This document shows positions 1-10,480 of a DNA stretch of 64,000 nt, piece by piece; position 1 is the stretch's first letter; every line of letters begins with the position of its first letter. Below the pieces are notes generated by a model. That model was not told the origin of the DNA, made no database searches, and was given only the letters and a program-made list of their open reading frames with translations. Both the position numbers and the translations under genes were made by a program. The stretch covers positions 22,347 to 86,346 of the forward strand of contig CAVHNN010000002.1 of NCBI GenBank assembly GCA_963637465.1. The letters run 5' to 3'. The stretch comes from Paludibacteraceae bacterium. GTDB lineage: Bacteria > Bacteroidota > Bacteroidia > Bacteroidales > UBA932.

Positions 1-984
1 CATCGTGACCTCGTCCCTCCACTTGAGCTTTGGGAGAGGGGCCGAAACGGCCACGGCCTCGAAGATATCGTAAATGTCGCTCTCAAGGAGCGGAAGCACC
101 ACCTCCGTCTCCGGATCGCCGAAGCGGGCGTTGAATTCTATGACCTTGATGCCGTCCGGGGTTTTCATAAGCCCCCCGTAAAGCACTCCGGAGAGGGGTC
201 TCCCCACGGCACACATGGCCCTGGCGGCCTTGAGCATTATCTCGTTATAGGCGAAGTCCCTGTCCTGCTCCGTGATGAACGGAAGGCCGGTGTAGGCCCC
301 CATTCCCCCGGTGTTGGGCCCGGTGTCGCCGTCGAAGGCGCGCTTGTGGTCCTGGGCGAGCGGCATGGGACACACCCTCTCCCCTTCGACGAAACACATG
401 AAGGAGAACTCCGGCCCTTCGAGCCAGTCCTCAATCACCACCTTACCCGCGCCGAAAGCTCCGTCCAGCAGCATGCTGCGCAGAGCGGCGTCGGCTTCAC
501 CCCGGTCAGCGGCGATCACCACCCCCTTGCCGGCGGCAAGTCCGTCGTACTTTATCACTGCGGGGTACGGGCGGGAGTCCACATAGGAGAGGGCCTCTCC
601 GTAGGAAGTGAAACAGCGGTAGGAGGCCGTAGGGATGCCGTAATCCTGCATCAGACGCTTGGCGAACTCCTTGCTGCTCTCTATCATGGTCGCGGCGCGG
701 CTGTGGCCGAAAATCTTGAGCCCCGCCTCGCGGAAACTGTCCACAATGCCGGCTGCAAGCGAGGCCTCCGGCCCGACTACGGTGAGGTCCATGCCTTCCC
801 GGAGCGCGAAAGCCCTGAGGGCCTCCACGTCGGTGTCGGAAATCGGGACGAGCTGCGCCTGAGAGGCGATCAGGGCGTTGCCCGGGGCGCAGAATATCTG
901 CGACACCTGCGGGGAGCGGCTGAGAGCGTCCACTATGGCGTGGCAGCGGCCACCGCCGCCGACCACGAGAACTTTTTTACCCAT
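1..984 (-). CDS. purD: Phosphoribosylamine-glycine ligase, C-terminus cut by the window edge
   Basis: Manual translation from the ATG at 984 gives MGKKVLVVGGGGRCHAIV...AVIKYDGLAAGKGVVIA...GPNTGGMGAY...IEFNARFGDPE, an ATP-grasp GAR synthetase pattern. It is last in the pur operon and not in the ORF track because it has no stop in the window. Confidence 0.9.
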   Translation of the reverse strand, partial: MGKKVLVVGGGGRCHAIVDALSRSPQVSQIFCAPGNALIASQAQLVPISDTDVEALRAFALREGMDLTVVGPEASLAAGIVDSFREAGLKIFGHSRAATMIESSKEFAKRLMQDYGIPTASYRCFTSYGEALSYVDSRPYPAVIKYDGLAAGKGVVIAADRGEADAALRSMLLDGAFGAGKVVIEDWLEGPEFSFMCFVEGERVCPMPLAQDHKRAFDGDTGPNTGGMGAYTGLPFITEQDRDFAYNEIMLKAARAMCAVGRPLSGVLYGGLMKTPDGIKVIEFNARFGDPETEVVLPLLESDIYDIFEAVAVSAPLPKLKWRDEVTM

Positions 985-987
985 TAT

Positions 988-2535
988 CTAATGTTTGAAA
1001 TGTCTTACTCCCGTCATCAGCATCACTATGCCGCACTCGTCGGCCTTGGCGACGGCCTCCGCATCCCTGATGCTGCCCCCCGGCTGGACGATGGCGCTCA
1101 CCCCGTAGCGGGCGGCGAGGGAGACCGTGTCGTCGAACGGCAGGAAGCCGTCGGACGCGAGCACGAGGCCCTCAGTGTATCCGGCCTCCCGGGCCTGTCT
1201 GAGGGCGATTTCGGCGGAGCCCACGCGGTTGGTCTGGCCGGCTCCGACACCTACCGTGTGCCCGTCACGCACCACCGCTATCGCATTGGATTTGATGTGC
1301 TTGACTATCCTCCATCCGAAGTCGAGATCGCGCATCTGCGCCTCCGTAGGCTTCGCTGCGCTGACACACATCTGCGGGGAGAGAGTCTCCGTGCAAGTGT
1401 CGAGCTGCTGAGAGAGAAGACCTCCGCATACGCTGACATACTGCATCTGCGGACTGCTGTCGGGGGTCATGTCCACCTTGAGCACGCGCAGGTTCTTCTT
1501 GGCGGAGAGAATCTCCAGAGCCTCATCGGTGAACGAGGGGGCAATGACGATTTCGAGGAAAATCGGCTTCATCCCCCTCGCGACCTCGGCGGTGAGCTCC
1601 CTGTTGAGAGCGACTATTCCTCCGTATATGCTCACCTTGTCAGCTTCCAAGGCCGCCTGCCAGGCCTGCTCTATGGTAGGGGCGACGGCGGCTCCGCAAG
1701 GGTTCATGTGCTTGAGGGAGATGCAGCACGGCTCCGCGAAGTCGCGTATCGTGCAGAGCGCGGCGTTGGCATCCTGGATATTGTTGTAGGACAGTTCCTT
1801 GCCCTGAATCTGCTCCGCGAACGGAAGGGCGTAGGAGAGCCTCTCCTCCCCGGCGTAGAACTTGGCCTGCTGGTGAGGGTTCTCCCCGTAGCGCAGGGTC
1901 TGACGGAGTTCGTATTCGAGGAAGAGCTTCTCAGTCAGCCCCGCCTTTTCACGCATGTAGCGCGCAATGCAGCTGTCGTATTCGGCGGTGTGGGTGTAAG
2001 CCTTGGCGGAGAGCTTCAGTCTGGTGGCGGGGGAAGTCTCGCCCCTCTCCCGAAGTTCGGAGAGCACCGGAGAGTAGTCGGCGGGGTCGCATATCACGCT
2101 CACGTCCTTCCAGTTCTTGGCCGCGCTGCGAAGCATCGACGGACCGCCGATGTCGATATTCTCGACGGCCTGCTCCATCGTCACGTCCTCGCGGGCTATG
2201 GTCCGGCGGAAAGGGTAGAGGTTGACGCAGACCATATCGATGGGGCTTATCCCCTGCTGCTCAAGGGTCTGCATATGAGAAGGGTCGTCCCGCCGGGCGA
2301 GCAGGCCTCCGTGCACCTTGGGATGGAGGGTCTTGACCCTGCCGTCGAGAATCTCCGGGAAGCCCGTGACCTCGCTTATTCCCCTTGTCTTGATTCCGCT
2401 GTCTTCCAACAGCTTCTGCGTGCCTCCGGTGGCCACTATCTCCCATCCCAGAGAGACCAGCCCCTCCACGAACGGCACCAGTCCGGTCTTGTCGCTGACG
2501 CTGACCAAAGCTCTTTTAGTATTTGTCTTAACCAT
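988..2535 (-). CDS. purH: Bifunctional AICAR transformylase / IMP cyclohydrolase
   Basis: 515 aa. N-terminal MGS-like domain (ALVSVSDKTGLV...GGT...LDGRVKTLHPKVHGGLL) and a C-terminal AICARFT domain. ATG confirmed at 2535. Confidence 0.95.
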   Translation of the reverse strand: MVKTNTKRALVSVSDKTGLVPFVEGLVSLGWEIVATGGTQKLLEDSGIKTRGISEVTGFPEILDGRVKTLHPKVHGGLLARRDDPSHMQTLEQQGISPIDMVCVNLYPFRRTIAREDVTMEQAVENIDIGGPSMLRSAAKNWKDVSVICDPADYSPVLSELRERGETSPATRLKLSAKAYTHTAEYDSCIARYMREKAGLTEKLFLEYELRQTLRYGENPHQQAKFYAGEERLSYALPFAEQIQGKELSYNNIQDANAALCTIRDFAEPCCISLKHMNPCGAAVAPTIEQAWQAALEADKVSIYGGIVALNRELTAEVARGMKPIFLEIVIAPSFTDEALEILSAKKNLRVLKVDMTPDSSPQMQYVSVCGGLLSQQLDTCTETLSPQMCVSAAKPTEAQMRDLDFGWRIVKHIKSNAIAVVRDGHTVGVGAGQTNRVGSAEIALRQAREAGYTEGLVLASDGFLPFDDTVSLAARYGVSAIVQPGGSIRDAEAVAKADECGIVMLMTGVRHFKH

Positions 2536-2557
2536 TTATCTGCCTGTTTGAAGTTTT

Positions 2558-3130
2558 CTAAGCTTTTATCAACTTGGAAATCGTCTCGACGTAGAGCTCA
2601 TGCTCTATCTTCTGCCCGAGGCGGTGTACTTCCCGGGGGTCGTCCCCGTCATATTCGAAGGCGCGCTGGGCGATTATGCGGCCTGCGTCGAGTTCGGAGT
2701 TGACATAGTGAATCGTGATCCCGTAAACCTTGACCCCGTACTCCACAGCCTGCTCCACGGCATGAGCCCCCCGGAACGCGGGAAGAAGGGAGGGGTGGAT
2801 ATTGATGATGCGCCCCCCGTAGGCCTCCAGCAGCACGTCGGAGATGATGCGCATATAACCGGCGAGGCACACGAGATCCACTCCCAGAGCATCCATCCTG
2901 GAGGCTATCTCCCTCTCGAAATCAGCCTTGCAGGCATAGTCCCCGGGATTGAAGACAAAACTCTCCACCCCCCTTCCGAGGGCCTTTCCCACCACCGGGG
3001 CGGACGGCTTGTCGCAGACCATCAGGACAACGTCGGCGTTGAGCCTCCCGTCCTTGCAGGCGTCGTCTATGGCCTCGAAATTGGAGCCTGTTCCGCTGGC
3101 GAAAACGGATAGTTTCTTTCTTTCCCCCAT
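2558..3130 (-). CDS. purN: Phosphoribosylglycinamide formyltransferase
   Basis: 190 aa with SGTGSNFEAI, LAGYMRI and INIHPSLLPAF motifs typical of the PurN formyltransferase family. Confidence 0.9.
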   Translation of the reverse strand: MGERKKLSVFASGTGSNFEAIDDACKDGRLNADVVLMVCDKPSAPVVGKALGRGVESFVFNPGDYACKADFEREIASRMDALGVDLVCLAGYMRIISDVLLEAYGGRIINIHPSLLPAFRGAHAVEQAVEYGVKVYGITIHYVNSELDAGRIIAQRAFEYDGDDPREVHRLGQKIEHELYVETISKLIKA

Positions 3131-3131
3131 A

Positions 3132-4157
3132 TCAGATGATGCTTACTCCCGGCACAGCTGTGACCTTGCCTATCACTGAAGCCTTCTCACCGTGGCTTTC
3201 GAGTATCGAGATGGCCTTCTGCGCTTCGGATTCGTCGAGAACGATGACCATGCCGATTCCCATGTTGAAGACGTTGAACATCTCCCGGTGAGGCACGCCG
3301 CCCCACTTTTCGAGCATTCTGAACACCGGCGGAATCTCCCAGCTTCCCTCATTTATCTCAATCCCCTGGCCGCCCTGCAGCACGCGAGGGATGTTCTCGT
3401 CGAAGCCGCCGCCGGTGATATGGCTGATTCCGTGCACGTCGCAGCTGCGTATCACTTCGAGCACCTGCTTGACATATATCTTGGTAGGGGTCAGCAGCAC
3501 CTCGCCGAGACTGCGTCCGCCAAACTCCGGGATGACATCGGAGTACGAGAGTCCGTTGTCGGAGACTATTTTGCGCACGAGGCTGAAGCCGTTGGAATGC
3601 ACTCCCGAAGAGGCCACTCCCACAAGGATGTCCCCCACCTTGACCTTGCTCCCGTCGATGAGACGGGACTTCTCCACCACTCCGACGGTGAAGCCGGCAA
3701 TGTCGTACTCCCCGCCATCATACATCCCGGGCATCTCCGCCGTCTCGCCTCCGACCAGTGCGCAGCCCGCCTGACGGCAGCCTTCGGCGACCCCGGAGAC
3801 TATAGCCTCAACCTTGAAAGGGTCATTGTGGCCGACGGCCACATAGTCGAGAAAAATCAGAGGCTCGGCCCCCTGCGCGAGCACGTCGTTGACGCACATC
3901 GCCACGGCGTCGATTCCGACAGTGTCGTGCTTTCCCATAGCGAAGGCTATCTTGAGTTTGGTGCCCACCCCGTCGGTGCCGCTGACAAGCACCGGCTCCC
4001 TGTAGCCGAGAGAGGCGAGGTCGAACATCCCTCCGAACGAGCCTATGCCGCCCATCGAGCCCGGGCGGGCCGTGGAGGAGACATGCTTCTTGATGCGGCG
4101 GACCACTTCGTAGCCGGCTTCCAGACTGACTCCGGCGTTTTCGTATGATTTAGCCAT
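3132..4157 (-). CDS. purM: Phosphoribosylformylglycinamidine cyclo-ligase (AIR synthetase)
   Basis: The ORF track gives 3132-4286. I placed the start at the internal ATG 4157 ([11 protein letters not shown]..., the typical PurM N-terminus). The upstream 43 codons overlap purC and look non-coding. GTDGVGTK motif present. Confidence 0.92.
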   Translation of the reverse strand: MAKSYENAGVSLEAGYEVVRRIKKHVSSTARPGSMGGIGSFGGMFDLASLGYREPVLVSGTDGVGTKLKIAFAMGKHDTVGIDAVAMCVNDVLAQGAEPLIFLDYVAVGHNDPFKVEAIVSGVAEGCRQAGCALVGGETAEMPGMYDGGEYDIAGFTVGVVEKSRLIDGSKVKVGDILVGVASSGVHSNGFSLVRKIVSDNGLSYSDVIPEFGGRSLGEVLLTPTKIYVKQVLEVIRSCDVHGISHITGGGFDENIPRVLQGGQGIEINEGSWEIPPVFRMLEKWGGVPHREMFNVFNMGIGMVIVLDESEAQKAISILESHGEKASVIGKVTAVPGVSII

Positions 4158-4168
4158 AAATAGTTGAT

Positions 4169-4888
4169 TTATAGATTGTCTATGGATTCGAGGCGCGAGA
4201 GCACCTCTTCGTATGAAGGCATCACGTTGCCCATGTCGTGGCGAAAACGGTCCTTGTCGAGCCGCCTGCCGCTGGCTGCGTCCCACAGGCGGCAGGTGTC
4301 GGGGCTCAGCTCATCCACTATGACCACATTCCCCCTCTCATCCCTTCCGAACTCCAGCTTGAAATCCACGAGAGTTATGCCGGCGCGTCCGAACACGGAA
4401 GAGAGTATCCCGTTGGCCCTGTGTCCCATATCGTAGATGGTCGAAAGCACTTCCCGGCTCACTATGTCGAGGGCCACGGCCTGGGTGTCGTTGATCATCG
4501 GATCGCCGAGGGCGGTGTTGCGATAGTAGATGTCACAGATGACCGAGGAGGGCCTGAAGCCCTCGGCAAGAGAGAGCCTGTCGGCGAGAGAGCCCGCGAT
4601 GAGGTTGCGCACGATGAGCTTCAGCGGAATCAGAGAGCAGCTGCGGCACAGCTGCTCTCTGTCGCCGAGCAGAGATATGAAGTGCGTCCTCAGCCCCCCG
4701 CGCTGCAGACAGTCCATCAGGAAGGCCGAAATCTTGTTGTCCACTATTCCCTTGCGGGGGAAGAGCGCAGTCTTGACCTTGCCGTAGCAGCAGGCCACAT
4801 CCTGAAATCGCAGCACCACCCTGCCGGGAACGTCGGTCGCATAGACCAGCTTCCCGTCGGCTTCGCCAAGCAATTCTCCTTTGACCAT
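4169..4888 (-). CDS. purC: SAICAR synthase
   Basis: 239 aa of SAICAR synthetase-like sequence ([10 protein letters not shown]...[12 protein letters not shown]...[12 protein letters not shown]) in a pur operon context. Confidence 0.9.
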   Translation of the reverse strand: MVKGELLGEADGKLVYATDVPGRVVLRFQDVACCYGKVKTALFPRKGIVDNKISAFLMDCLQRGGLRTHFISLLGDREQLCRSCSLIPLKLIVRNLIAGSLADRLSLAEGFRPSSVICDIYYRNTALGDPMINDTQAVALDIVSREVLSTIYDMGHRANGILSSVFGRAGITLVDFKLEFGRDERGNVVIVDELSPDTCRLWDAASGRRLDKDRFRHDMGNVMPSYEEVLSRLESIDNL

Positions 4889-4889
4889 A

Positions 4890-7800
4890 TTATCTTGACT
4901 TCTTGTGAAAATATTTCACGGCGTTCTCGAAGAGAGGCTGGTGCAGCTCCTCCTCGATGTTTTTGAACAGGTTCTTCTCATAGCGCTCCGAATGGCCCAT
5001 CTTGCCGAGTATCTGGCCGTCCGGGCTGATGATGCCCTCGATGGCGTAGAGCGAGCCGTTAGGGTTGGCGGGGGACTCCATCGTCACAGCCTCCATCACC
5101 GGGTCGGCATATTGGAAGGCCACCTGTCCGGCGGCGAAAAGTTCCCTCGCAAGGGCCTCGCTCACGACGAACTTGCCCTCGCCGTGGCTCACGGCAACGG
5201 TGTGGAGCTCGCCCGCCTTCATCCCGGAGAGCCACGGCGAGCGCGTCGAGCAGACGCGGGTGGTGACCATGCAGGAGACATGGCGGTTGATGTCGTTGCG
5301 GAAGAGGGTCGGAGACTCTTTCGTGACGGAGCCCGTCCTGCCATACGGAAGCAGGCCGCTCTTGACCAGGGCCTGGAAGCCGTTGCAGATTCCGAGGACA
5401 AGCCCGCCCTTGGCGATGAGGTCCCCGATTGCTGATGCTATCTCCTTGTTTTCAAGGACATTGGCAATAAATTTCCCGCTGCCGTCCGGCTCGTCTCCTG
5501 CGGAGAAGCCTCCGGCGAGGGCGAGTATCTGACATTCGGAGATGTTCTTTTTCATCTCGGCGATGGAGCTCAAGACATCCTCCGGAGTGAGGTTGCGGAA
5601 CACCCCGAAACGCACCTCCGCTCCGGCCGCGCGGAACGCCTTGGCCGTGTCGTAGTCGCAGTTGGTTCCCGGGAACACCGGGATATAGACAAGAGGCTTC
5701 TCCACCGGACCCCCCAGCCAGCGGGGCTCCCTGTAGGAGGGAGAGTCGCACTTGAGATTGAGCAGCTTGCCGTGCGCAGCCGGCACGCTCTGCGGATAGA
5801 CCTTGGAGTAGCGCGCGAGGTTCGCCTCGAGCAGTTCTTCTATGGCGATCTTCTCGCCGTTGATGCGCAGGCAGCAGTCGTCGCCGTCCGTGACCGTGCC
5901 GAGAAGCTCCGCCCCCGGGAAGTCCAGGTCCCTTCCGGACTCGACCACTATCGAGCCGCACAGGCAGCCGAAAAGATCGGCTTCGGATATCGTGACGTCC
6001 GCCCCGAACATGTTGCCGAACGACATCTTGGCGAGGGCCTCGGCCACTCCGCCCTGTCCTACGGCCCAGGCGGCGGTGACGTCGCCCGCCGCTATCGCGT
6101 CCCTTATATAGTTCCACGAAGCCTTGAGCCCCTCCACGTCAGGCATCCTGTCGGCACGCGGAGTATGGCGGAAAAGGTATATCCTGTCGCCGCCCCACTT
6201 GAACTCCGGAGAAATCACCCCGGAGGCATCCACGGTGCAGATTCCGAACGAGATGAGGGTGGGAGGCACGTTGATGTGCTCGAAAGTGCCGCTCATGGAG
6301 TCCTTGCCGCCTATGGACGGGAGTCCGAAGGCGAGCTGCATCCGAAGTGACCCCAGCAGGGCCGCGAGGGGCTTGCCCCAGCTGCGGGGGTCGGAGGTCA
6401 TCCTCTCGAAGTACTCCTGGCAGGAGAAGCGCATGCGGGACCAGTCGCCTCCGGCGGCCACGGTCTTGGCGCAGGCCTCGACCAGCGAATAGGCCGCCCC
6501 GTGATAAGGGCTCCAGCTCGAAATGAAAGGATTGTAGCCGAAGGACATCATGCTCGCGGTGTCGGTATATCCGTCGGTCGGGAGCTTCTGCACCGAGACC
6601 TGGGTCTCGGTGGACTGGGTGACGCCGCCGAAAGGCATCAGGACCGTGGAGCGCCCGATGGTGGAGTCGAACATCTCTATCAGGCCCTTCTGCGAAGCCA
6701 CGTTGGGATCCGCCATCACGGAGAGCATCTTCTCTCTGAGGGTGGCGCCCTCCGGACGGGCCGCGAACGGATCCCTGTCCTCAACGGGAGCGATCTCGGC
6801 GGAGGCATAATGCCGTGCGCCGGCGCTGTCGATGAATTCGCGGCTGAGGTCGGCCACCTTGTCGCCTCCGTTGTACATCACCATCCTGCCGCTGTCCGTG
6901 ACATCCGCCACGTAGGTCACTTCGACGTTCTCGCTGTGGCAGTATCTCTCGAACTCCTCCCTGTCAGCGGCCTCGACCACCACGGCCATCCTCTCCTGGG
7001 ATTCGCTGATTGCAAGCTCGGTGCTGTTGAGCCCGCTGTATTTGACCGGCACGCGGTCCAGATATATGTCAAGCCCGGGAGCGAGCTCGCCAATGGCCAC
7101 GCTCACCCCTCCGGCTCCGAAGTCATTGGATTTCTTGATGAGACGGGTCACCTCGGGACGGCGGAAAAGCCTCTGGAGCTTCCTCTCCTCCGGGGCGTTG
7201 CCCTTCTGAACCTCGCTGCCGCAGGTCTCGATGGAGGCCTCGGTGTGCTCCTTGGACGAGCCCGTGGCCCCTCCGATGCCGTCGCGCCCGGTCCTCCCGC
7301 CGAGCAGGAGAATCACGTCCCCCGGAGATGGGCTCTCGCGGCGCACGTTCTCCGCCTTCACGGCCCCGACCACGGCCCCCACTTCGAGCCTCTTGGCCAC
7401 GTAGCCCTCATGATAGATTTCACGGACATGGGTGGTGGCGAGGCCTATCTGGTTGCCGTAGCTTGAGTAGCCCGCCGCCGCCTTGCGGCTGATCTGCTTC
7501 TGGGGGAGCTTGCCGGGAAGAGTCTCCGACACAGGTCGGCAGATGTCCCCCGCCCCCGTCACGCGCATCGCCTGATACACGTAGGCCCTGCCGGAGAGAG
7601 GGTCGCGGATGGCCCCGCCCAGACAGGTGGCCGCCCCGCCGAAAGGCTCTATCTCCGTGGGGTGGTTGTGAGTCTCGTTCTTGAACTGCAGGAGCCATTT
7701 CTCCGTCCTTCCGTCCACGTCCACGTCCACATAGATGCTGCAGGCGTTGTTCTCCTCGCTGACTTCAAGGTCTTCCAGAAGACCTCTCCGGCGCAGGATG

Positions 7801-8624
7801 CGCGCTCCGACGGTGGCGAGCTCCATGAGGCAGAAGCTCTTGCCCTCGCGGCCCAGCTCGCGGCGGATTTCATTGACCTCGGCAAGGGAGGCCTCGATCT
7901 CCCCCCGGATGAACGAGTCGTCCACGCTCACCCTCTCCAGCTCCGTGGTGAAGGTGGTGTGGCGGCAATGGTCGCTCCAGTACGTGTCCAGGATGCGGAG
8001 CTCGGTCTCCGTGGGCTCGCGACGCTCCCGGCGGAAATACCCGACCACCTCCCCGAGGTCGTCGGAGTTCATCGCGAGGCCCCACCTGCGGCAGAACTCC
8101 GGATATTCTTCCATCTGCATGGCAGTGAAGCCCTCCAGCGAGGCGAGGGGCCTAATGGAGGCCGTCTCGTTGCAGCAAAGGGAGGAGAGGTCCTTCTCGC
8201 GGGACTCGACCGCGTTTATATAATAGTGCCGGACGGCTGCAAGGGCCTCGTCCGACATGTCGTCGTCAAAAATCAGCAGGCGCGAGCTGCGGATGCGCAC
8301 GTCGGCCGAAGGGTCGATAAGGTGCACGCAGTCGACGGCGGACGAGGCGCGCTGGTCGAACTGTCCGGGGATATACTCCACGGCCAGGTAGCGGCGGCCC
8401 TCAAGCGGGAGGCTGTCGCTGACCAGGTCGGTCACCCTCTCGCCGAATACGGTGTAGCGGCACTTTTCGAGGAGCTCCGGAGAAAATCCGAAAAGGTCAT
8501 AGACATTCAGAAGCCTCAGGGAACGGAGCGAGAGGGAGAGGTTTTCGTTGAATTCATTGCGCAGGCTCTCAGCCTCGACCCGGAATCCGGAACACTTCTC
8601 CACGAATATACGCTGTGCTATCAT
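4890..8624 (-). CDS. purL: Phosphoribosylformylglycinamidine synthase, single-chain large type
   Basis: About 1244 aa from the ATG at 8624 (MIAQRIFVEK...). It has AIRS-type repeats and a C-terminal glutamine amidotransferase with GICNGFQ. The annotated upstream extension to 8816 overlaps purE and was rejected. Confidence 0.92.
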   Translation of the reverse strand: MIAQRIFVEKCSGFRVEAESLRNEFNENLSLSLRSLRLLNVYDLFGFSPELLEKCRYTVFGERVTDLVSDSLPLEGRRYLAVEYIPGQFDQRASSAVDCVHLIDPSADVRIRSSRLLIFDDDMSDEALAAVRHYYINAVESREKDLSSLCCNETASIRPLASLEGFTAMQMEEYPEFCRRWGLAMNSDDLGEVVGYFRRERREPTETELRILDTYWSDHCRHTTFTTELERVSVDDSFIRGEIEASLAEVNEIRRELGREGKSFCLMELATVGARILRRRGLLEDLEVSEENNACSIYVDVDVDGRTEKWLLQFKNETHNHPTEIEPFGGAATCLGGAIRDPLSGRAYVYQAMRVTGAGDICRPVSETLPGKLPQKQISRKAAAGYSSYGNQIGLATTHVREIYHEGYVAKRLEVGAVVGAVKAENVRRESPSPGDVILLLGGRTGRDGIGGATGSSKEHTEASIETCGSEVQKGNAPEERKLQRLFRRPEVTRLIKKSNDFGAGGVSVAIGELAPGLDIYLDRVPVKYSGLNSTELAISESQERMAVVVEAADREEFERYCHSENVEVTYVADVTDSGRMVMYNGGDKVADLSREFIDSAGARHYASAEIAPVEDRDPFAARPEGATLREKMLSVMADPNVASQKGLIEMFDSTIGRSTVLMPFGGVTQSTETQVSVQKLPTDGYTDTASMMSFGYNPFISSWSPYHGAAYSLVEACAKTVAAGGDWSRMRFSCQEYFERMTSDPRSWGKPLAALLGSLRMQLAFGLPSIGGKDSMSGTFEHINVPPTLISFGICTVDASGVISPEFKWGGDRIYLFRHTPRADRMPDVEGLKASWNYIRDAIAAGDVTAAWAVGQGGVAEALAKMSFGNMFGADVTISEADLFGCLCGSIVVESGRDLDFPGAELLGTVTDGDDCCLRINGEKIAIEELLEANLARYSKVYPQSVPAAHGKLLNLKCDSPSYREPRWLGGPVEKPLVYIPVFPGTNCDYDTAKAFRAAGAEVRFGVFRNLTPEDVLSSIAEMKKNISECQILALAGGFSAGDEPDGSGKFIANVLENKEIASAIGDLIAKGGLVLGICNGFQALVKSGLLPYGRTGSVTKESPTLFRNDINRHVSCMVTTRVCSTRSPWLSGMKAGELHTVAVSHGEGKFVVSEALARELFAAGQVAFQYADPVMEAVTMESPANPNGSLYAIEGIISPDGQILGKMGHSERYEKNLFKNIEEELHQPLFENAVKYFHKKSR

Positions 8625-8628
8625 ATTT

Positions 8629-9096
8629 CTACAGTTCTGTCTGAAGTACTTTGTCCGCCTGCTTTTGCCTGAACTCGCCGAGGGCGTCGCGCAGCCGGGA
8701 ATCCTGAAGGGCGAGCATCGAGACCGCGAAGAGTGCGGCGTTCTTCGCCCCGTTGATGGCCATCGTGGCCACGGGAACTCCGGAAGGCATCTGGACAATC
8801 GAGAGAAGCGAGTCAAGTCCCCCCAGAGCCGCGCTCCGTATAGGAACCCCGATCACGGGGAGAGGGGTCATGGCCGCCGCCATCCCCGGCAGATGCGCCG
8901 CCCCGCCGGCACCGGCGATGACGATATCGACACCTCTGGAAACGGCCGAAGCCATGTAGTCACAGAAGAAAGCGGGTGTACGGTGGGCGCTGATCACCTT
9001 CTTCTCATAGGGGACGCCGAAAGCGTCGAGGGTCTCGCAGGCGGCTGACATCACTTCCCAGTCGCTCTTCGATCCCATGATGATACTGACTTTCAT
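8629..9096 (-). CDS. purE: Phosphoribosylaminoimidazole carboxylase catalytic subunit / N5-CAIR mutase
   Basis: Start at ATG 9096 (MKVSIIMGSKSDW...). AHRTP and AGGAAHLPGM motifs present. First gene of the operon. Confidence 0.9.
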   Translation of the reverse strand: MKVSIIMGSKSDWEVMSAACETLDAFGVPYEKKVISAHRTPAFFCDYMASAVSRGVDIVIAGAGGAAHLPGMAAAMTPLPVIGVPIRSAALGGLDSLLSIVQMPSGVPVATMAINGAKNAALFAVSMLALQDSRLRDALGEFRQKQADKVLQTEL

Positions 9097-9119
9097 TACT
9101 GCTCTTCCCAAGAAAGCTG

Positions 9120-9127
9120 CAAATTTA
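9120..9127 (-). promoter_or_regulatory. Candidate Bacteroidota -7 promoter box (TAAATTTG) for the pur operon
   Basis: Exact match to TAnnTTTG on the minus strand, 23 nt upstream of the purE ATG. Confidence 0.45.
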
Positions 9128-9186
9128 CAATTAAGAGTCGTGCTCTGCAAGATGAGTTTCCGGCAATGCGATATTATTTTTTTGCG

Positions 9187-9194
9187 TACCTTTG
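9187..9194 (+). promoter_or_regulatory. Candidate -7 promoter box (TACCTTTG) for the pyr operon
   Basis: Exact TAnnTTTG match, 35 nt upstream of the pyrC ATG. Confidence 0.4.
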
Positions 9195-9229
9195 CACGAT
9201 TGCGCTGCAATCATTGAAAATTCCGCTCA

Positions 9230-10480
9230 ATGATACAGGACATTTTGCTCAGAGGCAGCGGCCCGGACATTCTGGTCAGGGACGGCATCATCTGCAGGAA
9301 GGGGTACGACCTGCAGGTCGGAGAGGGCGTTCGCATCATCGACACCTCGGGCTGCCTCGTCACCCACGGCTTCACCGACATCCACGTACATTTCAGAGAA
9401 CCCGGCTTCTCCTACAAGGAGACCATACGCAGCGGTTCGCTCGCCGCGGCGGCGGGGGGCTACACCACCGTCTGCGCGATGCCAAACCTCGACCCGGTAC
9501 CGGACAGCGTGGAGCATCTGGAAGAGGAACAGAGGATCATTGACCGCGACGCAGTGGTGGAAGTCCTCCCCTACGCCTCCATCACCAAAGAGCGCAAAGG
9601 CCTGGAGCTCACGGACATGGCCTCCCTCAAGGGGAAGTGCGTCGCGTTTTCCGATGACGGGAGCGGGGTGCAGGACGAGGATATGATGCTCAAGGCGATG
9701 GAGACCGCAGCCGGGGAGGGGGTCATCATCGCTGCCCACTGCGAAGACAACAGCCTGCTCCGCGGAGGCTACATCCACGACGGACGCTACTGCCGCGAAC
9801 ACGGCCACCGGGGAATCTGCTCCGAAAGCGAGTGGGCTCAGATAAAGCGCGACCTTGAGCTGTGCGCGAAGACGGGGTGCCGATACCACGTCTGCCACAT
9901 CTCCACCGCCGAAAGCGTCAAACTGATACGGGAGGCCAAAGACCGGGGGGTGCGCGTCAGCTGCGAGACCGCCCCGCACTATCTCTGCCTCTGCGAGGAC
10001 GATCTCCGGGAGGAGGGCAGGTTCAAGATGAACCCGCCGCTGCGAAGCGCCGCCGACAGGGATGCGCTGCTGGAAGGCCTGCGGGACGGGACGATCGACG
10101 CGATAGCAACTGACCACGCCCCGCACAGCGAGAGCGAGAAAGCCCTCGGGCTGAAGGGCAGCGCGATGGGAATCACCGGCCTTGAGACGGCCTTCCCGCT
10201 GCTCTACACCACTCTCGTACAGGGCGGAAAGCTGGGTCTGAAGCGGCTCACGGAGCTTCTCTGCACCTCGCCGAGAAGGATTTTCGGCCTCGGGGGCGGG
10301 GTTCTGGAAGAAGGGGCCCCTGCGGACATCACGCTGATCGACCTCAAGGACAGCTATACTATAGACAGCCGGCAGTTCCTCTCGAAGGGACATTCCACTC
10401 CGTTCGAGGGGATGGAAGTCCGCGGCAAGGTGAAAATGACCCTGAAAGACGGGAAAATCGTATATACATGCAAAAACTGA
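9230..10480 (+). CDS. pyrC: Dihydroorotase
   Basis: 416 aa amidohydrolase with DIHVHFREPG, a metal-binding HxH, and ATDHAPH. Confidence 0.9.
   Translation: MIQDILLRGSGPDILVRDGIICRKGYDLQVGEGVRIIDTSGCLVTHGFTDIHVHFREPGFSYKETIRSGSLAAAAGGYTTVCAMPNLDPVPDSVEHLEEEQRIIDRDAVVEVLPYASITKERKGLELTDMASLKGKCVAFSDDGSGVQDEDMMLKAMETAAGEGVIIAAHCEDNSLLRGGYIHDGRYCREHGHRGICSESEWAQIKRDLELCAKTGCRYHVCHISTAESVKLIREAKDRGVRVSCETAPHYLCLCEDDLREEGRFKMNPPLRSAADRDALLEGLRDGTIDAIATDHAPHSESEKALGLKGSAMGITGLETAFPLLYTTLVQGGKLGLKRLTELLCTSPRRIFGLGGGVLEEGAPADITLIDLKDSYTIDSRQFLSKGHSTPFEGMEVRGKVKMTLKDGKIVYTCKN

Noticed and set aside
346-2703. 785 aa ORF on the plus strand
   Set aside because: It lies antisense to purD, purH and purN, which have unmistakable family motifs. 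Its translation is Arg/Gly/Ala/His-rich with no recognisable domain. It is a typical shadow ORF in GC-rich DNA.
3132-4286. Long N-terminal extensions in the ORF track for purM, and likewise purL to 8816, purE to 9210, the S9 peptidase to 49321, GH43 to 23940, S8 to 27602 and TerC from 56178
   Set aside because: In each case an internal ATG gives the canonical family N-terminus or a signal peptide. The extension overlaps the upstream gene or intergenic promoter sequence and has Arg/Pro/Gly-rich non-protein-like composition.
9097-9229. Possible purine riboswitch or other leader upstream of purE
   Set aside because: The -7 box lies only 23 nt from the ATG. Neither strand shows the conserved purine-riboswitch loop and junction sequences that I can recall. 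There is not enough room for an aptamer plus expression platform.
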